From: a virus
Taxonomy: Duplodnaviria; Caudoviricetes
Length of the DNA: 47,086 bases
Virus record (IMG/VR): IMGVR_UViG_3300017747_003232
Coordinates: 1-47,086 of that record
Direction: 5' to 3' (one strand)
Shown: in pieces, positions 43,620-47,086 of the stretch
Numbering within the stretch: position 1 is the first letter of the stretch
How the letters are laid out: every line of letters starts with the position of its first letter
Translations under genes and position numbers: made by a program
The notes under the pieces: generated by a model
The model's input: the letters and a program-made list of their open reading frames with translations, nothing else
Database searches by the model: none
What the model was told of the DNA's origin: nothing

Positions 43620-44266
43620 AGATCCCTGTACACCGCAACCCCGGCTCATGCCCTGGTAGCCCCGCGGCTGATCTTCAAGCCGACCAACTGATAGCATCAA
43701 ACCAAAAAGACGATCTTTCTGGACTCCCGACACCAAGGGAGGGATACCAGTGGGTGAAGGTGGAGATCATCCATTCGGATCAAGTCAAGCCGGGGGACGT
43801 AGTTCAGCACCATCACTACAAATGGTCAGATCCACTCAGCCCAGCACCAAAGGATATCTTCGCGCGGTGGCAAGGCTACGCTTCCTGCCGTGGCTGGGTA
43901 GCTCGACAAGTCCCCACCCCTGAACCTGAAGGACCTGAAGTGATATGGGGACCGAAGCTGAACGACGTCTTGCACTTCCGAATCCTCGCTGGCGGCACAT
44001 TGCAACGGTGTGAGCGCGACAAGTGGCTGGACTGTCTTGGCACTACAGCCGGGGTTTCCATCGCTGCTGACTACGCCTCTCTCTACGCAAAGGACAAAGC
44101 CAACACAGCCTTACTTGACAAGTTTTTTGAGTTAGGAGAAAGAGCCGAGAAGTGGCTTGCGTGGGCTCTCGATGATAAACAGGGCTACCAAGTTGAACCA
44201 GGATGTTACAGTTCGATCATCCGCGACCTCGCTAAGGCTTACAAGGAGGCCAAAGGGGATGCTTAA
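43616..44266 (+). CDS. Hypothetical protein
   Basis: GGAGG RBS; 216 aa. Confidence 0.6.
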   Translation: MKIPVHRNPGSCPGSPAADLQADQLIASNQKDDLSGLPTPREGYQWVKVEIIHSDQVKPGDVVQHHHYKWSDPLSPAPKDIFARWQGYASCRGWVARQVPTPEPEGPEVIWGPKLNDVLHFRILAGGTLQRCERDKWLDCLGTTAGVSIAADYASLYAKDKANTALLDKFFELGERAEKWLAWALDDKQGYQVEPGCYSSIIRDLAKAYKEAKGDA

Positions 44267-44426
44267 ACCGATCTACATTCTTTTGATGGTGGGGATATCG
44301 CTTATCCCTCTCTATCTTGGATTCCATGCTCAGGACGGGAGGTTGCTGTATGCCATCGGGCTAATCATGCTGATCGCCTCGTTCATCGCTACGCTGGTCT
44401 TGGTAATGGAGGAGAAGGATGTTTGA
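44259..44426 (+). CDS. Small two-TM membrane protein
   Basis: IYILLMVGISLIPLYL and LLYAIGLIMLIASFIATLVLV. Confidence 0.55.
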   Translation: MLKPIYILLMVGISLIPLYLGFHAQDGRLLYAIGLIMLIASFIATLVLVMEEKDV

Positions 44427-44507
44427 ACAATATTCATCAGCTTGTCGGCTGGGACGGAAGACCGCTTGGGCTTGGCATGGCTTGAGCAAAGAGGAGGATT
44501 ACTTACG

Positions 44508-44816
44508 ATGAACCGAATTCAAGAGATTGAAGATCGTTTGGCGAAAGCTACGCCGGGACCGTGGGCATGGGCTACGGGCTGGCATTGCTCAGATTCAGGC
44601 CCAACCTATGTGTTTTCCGAGGGGCCGAGATACCAGGGGACGCATAGCGGGTCGTCAATCCCGGACGATCACCCACAAGTTGACGCCGACGCCGACTTAA
44701 TCGCCAACGCACCCGCCGATATCGCCTATCTCCTTGACTATGTATCCGATCTAGAATCAGAGGCGCAATCGCTCAGGGCACAACTCCGGGTAGCGGAAGG
44801 GATGGAGCCAGCATGA
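44508..44816 (+). CDS. Ead/Ea22-like conserved phage protein
   Basis: RLAKATPGPW...DADLIANAPADIAYLL; GGAGG RBS. Confidence 0.65.
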   Translation: MNRIQEIEDRLAKATPGPWAWATGWHCSDSGPTYVFSEGPRYQGTHSGSSIPDDHPQVDADADLIANAPADIAYLLDYVSDLESEAQSLRAQLRVAEGMEPA

Positions 44817-45601
44817 GACTCTTTATCCTCGCTTGCTTGGGCTTCTGCACATTCGGAGTGTTGCCCACGTTCGTTGACGCTATGGCGGAGAAACGAGCAT
44901 ACGACTTTGAGACTGCGGGGACGATGAGAATGGCATCGCTGCAACCTCACGCCGGGGAGGTCCCCAAGCCCGGCTACCAGTCAACTAGTGAGGCCGAACA
45001 GATCGGCATTTTGGAGGATACGGGATGGCAGTCAAGCAGGAAGAAATCTACACTTACGAAGGCGAGTTCGGAGGTTTTAATCGGCGGGTTATCATCGAGG
45101 CTGAGTTCGGCCAGCTTAAACACAAGAAAGTCGAAAGCTACATTGAGCTGGAAGACATTGACGGTCGCAAGTACTGGCAATCAAGCCACGTTGACTGCTC
45201 TCTCCTACTTGTCCTCATCAGCCGCAGGACGCTCAAGATCGTCTGACCAAGCGACCGTAGCCCCGAAGCCATCTCCCCGGCAGAATGGCGCGGTCATGGA
45301 GTTGAGCGTTTATGCAAGTCGTTACGACGGCAGGGTGACCAAGTACAGCCGAACCTATTCCCATTGGAACGGAACGACCTGCGCAAGCAACAACCCCGCC
45401 CACAAGATGAAGGTTCTGAGAGTGACCTACAAAGGGAAGTCCATCGACCTGCTTTGCATTGACACGGGGGGAGACAAGCGCCTTGGATATACGAGGCTCG
45501 ACATATCGGGCAAAGCAATGAAGTTCTTCGCGCCCAAGTGGAACGGGAAGGACAAGGGAGCGCCGCTGTTGAAAGGGGCGACGGTTCAGGTGGTGAAGTA
45601 A
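44813..45601 (+). CDS. Secreted or membrane-anchored RlpA-like double-psi beta-barrel protein
   Basis: Signal-like N-terminus and Ser-rich linker; SVYASRYDGRVT...TCAS...LRVTY.GKS...IDTGG...LDIS. Confidence 0.65.
   Translation: MRLFILACLGFCTFGVLPTFVDAMAEKRAYDFETAGTMRMASLQPHAGEVPKPGYQSTSEAEQIGILEDTGWQSSRKKSTLTKASSEVLIGGLSSRLSSASLNTRKSKATLSWKTLTVASTGNQATLTALSYLSSSAAGRSRSSDQATVAPKPSPRQNGAVMELSVYASRYDGRVTKYSRTYSHWNGTTCASNNPAHKMKVLRVTYKGKSIDLLCIDTGGDKRLGYTRLDISGKAMKFFAPKWNGKDKGAPLLKGATVQVVK
45025..45246 (+). CDS. Nested out-of-frame ORF inside the RlpA-like gene
   Basis: GGAGG 7 nt before ATG; globular-looking 73-aa sequence. Confidence 0.5.
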   Translation: MAVKQEEIYTYEGEFGGFNRRVIIEAEFGQLKHKKVESYIELEDIDGRKYWQSSHVDCSLLLVLISRRTLKIV

Positions 45602-45900
45602 TGGGTAACCCGCAAGCAGAATCAAGACTGGCCGGCATCATCAGCCGCAAAGACCCCGCCGAGATGATCGCAGAGTTAGAGCGATACGAACAAGGGCTCA
45701 ATATGCTTGGCTACGTTCTCGGCGCATGGATGAACCGGCCCGATATGGTCGATTGGACGGCATACGAGAAGCTGTACGACGTGCTAGGCAAGATCGAAGC
45801 CGGGGACAACGTGACGCTCTCGGAACCGTGGATATCAGATCCAAACGGGACGGCTTACGAAGTCAAGTACACGATCACTTTCTCAGGGGGAAGCGAATGA
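45601..45900 (+). CDS. Hypothetical protein
   Basis: TAATG coupling. Confidence 0.6.
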   Translation: MGNPQAESRLAGIISRKDPAEMIAELERYEQGLNMLGYVLGAWMNRPDMVDWTAYEKLYDVLGKIEAGDNVTLSEPWISDPNGTAYEVKYTITFSGGSE

Positions 45901-46031
45901 GCGCAATCGACATCCGCAACCTATTCTCCGCCCCAATAGAATACTGGTGGAACCCTACGACATGGGACGTACTCAGCGTTACCCTGGAATCCCTCTCCCC
46001 CACCCAAGAGACTGGAGGGGAGCGGGAATGA
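45897..46031 (+). CDS. Hypothetical 44-aa protein
   Basis: ATGA overlaps at both ends. Confidence 0.45.
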   Translation: MSAIDIRNLFSAPIEYWWNPTTWDVLSVTLESLSPTQETGGERE

Positions 46032-46282
46032 GGCTATTGCGTGAAACAGTGTTCGCCTACATTGCGATGGGGCCGAAAAGGAGTCGATGGTCATACGCGA
46101 ATATGGACGATCCAGCACAGCCGCTTGCGGGAGAGCCTATCCCCGAAGGGCTTCGCCGTGACCTTGAAGTGTTGCGGCAGTATGGATACATGGTGTCCTA
46201 TGGACGTGGCTACGGATGCACTTCCTTTTGGATGCTTCGATCCATCACTCCACCCATAACCTTAGAAGAGTCAAGCACATGA
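46028..46282 (+). CDS. Hypothetical protein
   Basis: GGAGGGGAG RBS; ATGA coupling. Confidence 0.5.
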   Translation: MRLLRETVFAYIAMGPKRSRWSYANMDDPAQPLAGEPIPEGLRRDLEVLRQYGYMVSYGRGYGCTSFWMLRSITPPITLEESST

Positions 46283-46683
46283 AAGAACTATTTGAGAGAC
46301 TAGCGCGTTTTTGGCCGAAGGATTCGGAGTGGCAGTGTTTCCGCGAGGAGGACAGCTTCATTCTCAACCGCGAGGGAGACGAAGAGATCCTTGACGGCGC
46401 ATGGGACGACATCGACAACGCCGCCGCCCGCACGATCATCGAAGACGAGTTGATTCGGTTGGGGCGACCGGTTCAAGTCACGTTTGACGCTGGATACCAG
46501 AACTGGTGCGCATATCTGCCGACAACTTACATTCCGCACCCTGACGACCCATCTCGCGCCCTTAACGCTGAGTTCGTCACCCCAGGAATGATATACAAGG
46601 GCGCTCCTACTAGAACCCAAGCACTTCTTACCGTAGCCGTCGAAGCATTTGAGGCCGCATCCAAGGGAGAGGAGCCCACCTAA
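46279..46683 (+). CDS. Hypothetical acidic protein
   Basis: MKELFERL start with ATGA coupling. Confidence 0.6.
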   Translation: MKELFERLARFWPKDSEWQCFREEDSFILNREGDEEILDGAWDDIDNAAARTIIEDELIRLGRPVQVTFDAGYQNWCAYLPTTYIPHPDDPSRALNAEFVTPGMIYKGAPTRTQALLTVAVEAFEAASKGEEPT

Positions 46684-46711
46684 CTTGTTCCCCAAAGGAG
46701 GATAATGAGAT

Positions 46712-47068
46712 ATGAACGACTGGATGGGACCCGCGATGCAACACCTGCGCGAGAAGAAAGCCGCCGACCTTCTGAACCTGGGATGGGAGGAAGTTGGAGC
46801 CGTAAGCGACAAGCGAAAAGCCGAAGGCGGGATAACTGTTGAGGGACCAAGCACCGATGGCAGGACGGTATTCATGGGCGTCGATTACGGATCTTCTGAA
46901 TCCGTCTGCTACGAGATCACGATGGATGGTGACAAGATCGTGAGTGTGGAGCTACTCTCTGAACAAGAAGGAAGCAAACCCCATAGCAACCCCAAAAGGA
47001 AACAAGGAGAACTGACCAACCTGTACCCCAAGGGATGCAAGGATACAGCAGATGATGGCGACGATTAG
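46712..47068 (+). CDS. Hypothetical protein
   Basis: AGGAGG RBS; its 3' end lies within the terminal repeat. Confidence 0.6.
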   Translation: MNDWMGPAMQHLREKKAADLLNLGWEEVGAVSDKRKAEGGITVEGPSTDGRTVFMGVDYGSSESVCYEITMDGDKIVSVELLSEQEGSKPHSNPKRKQGELTNLYPKGCKDTADDGDD

Positions 47069-47086
47069 GAAGACAGTCTTCATATC
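46964..47086. repeat. Terminal direct repeat, right copy
   Basis: Identical to 1-123. Confidence 0.95.

Noticed and set aside
1-47086. Integrase, DNA polymerase, tRNA, reverse transcriptase/DGR, alternative genetic code
   Set aside because: No diagnostic motifs were seen, and standard-code ORFs tile the genome densely.

Overview
The window is an apparently complete, circularly assembled tailed-phage genome. The unit length is 46,963 bp, because bases 1-123 repeat exactly at 46964-47086. The layout is podovirus-like. A minus-strand late arm carries terS, terL, a tandem GroES-like gene, portal, scaffold, major capsid, a block of beta-rich appendage proteins including a CE4 polysaccharide deacetylase, adaptor, nozzle and three ejection proteins; the largest ejection protein carries an ART-PolyVal-like ADP-ribosyltransferase domain. 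A plus-strand cluster of small early-type genes (27.7-31.7 kb) diverges from terS. It is followed by a minus-strand lysis and replication block (CHAP endolysin, Prim-Pol/helicase with a downstream iteron origin), then a plus-strand arm (SSB, HNH, Gp157, RlpA-like, ParB-like). I recognised no integrase, DNA polymerase, tRNA or CRISPR array. The strongest unexplained signal is a non-palindromic octamer, TAACACCG. It occurs 12 times in one orientation within 2.5 kb of the probable first-injected region, in stop codons, in spacers and inside genes in different codon phases. All family assignments come from motif recognition by eye; no searches were run and the host is not determined.
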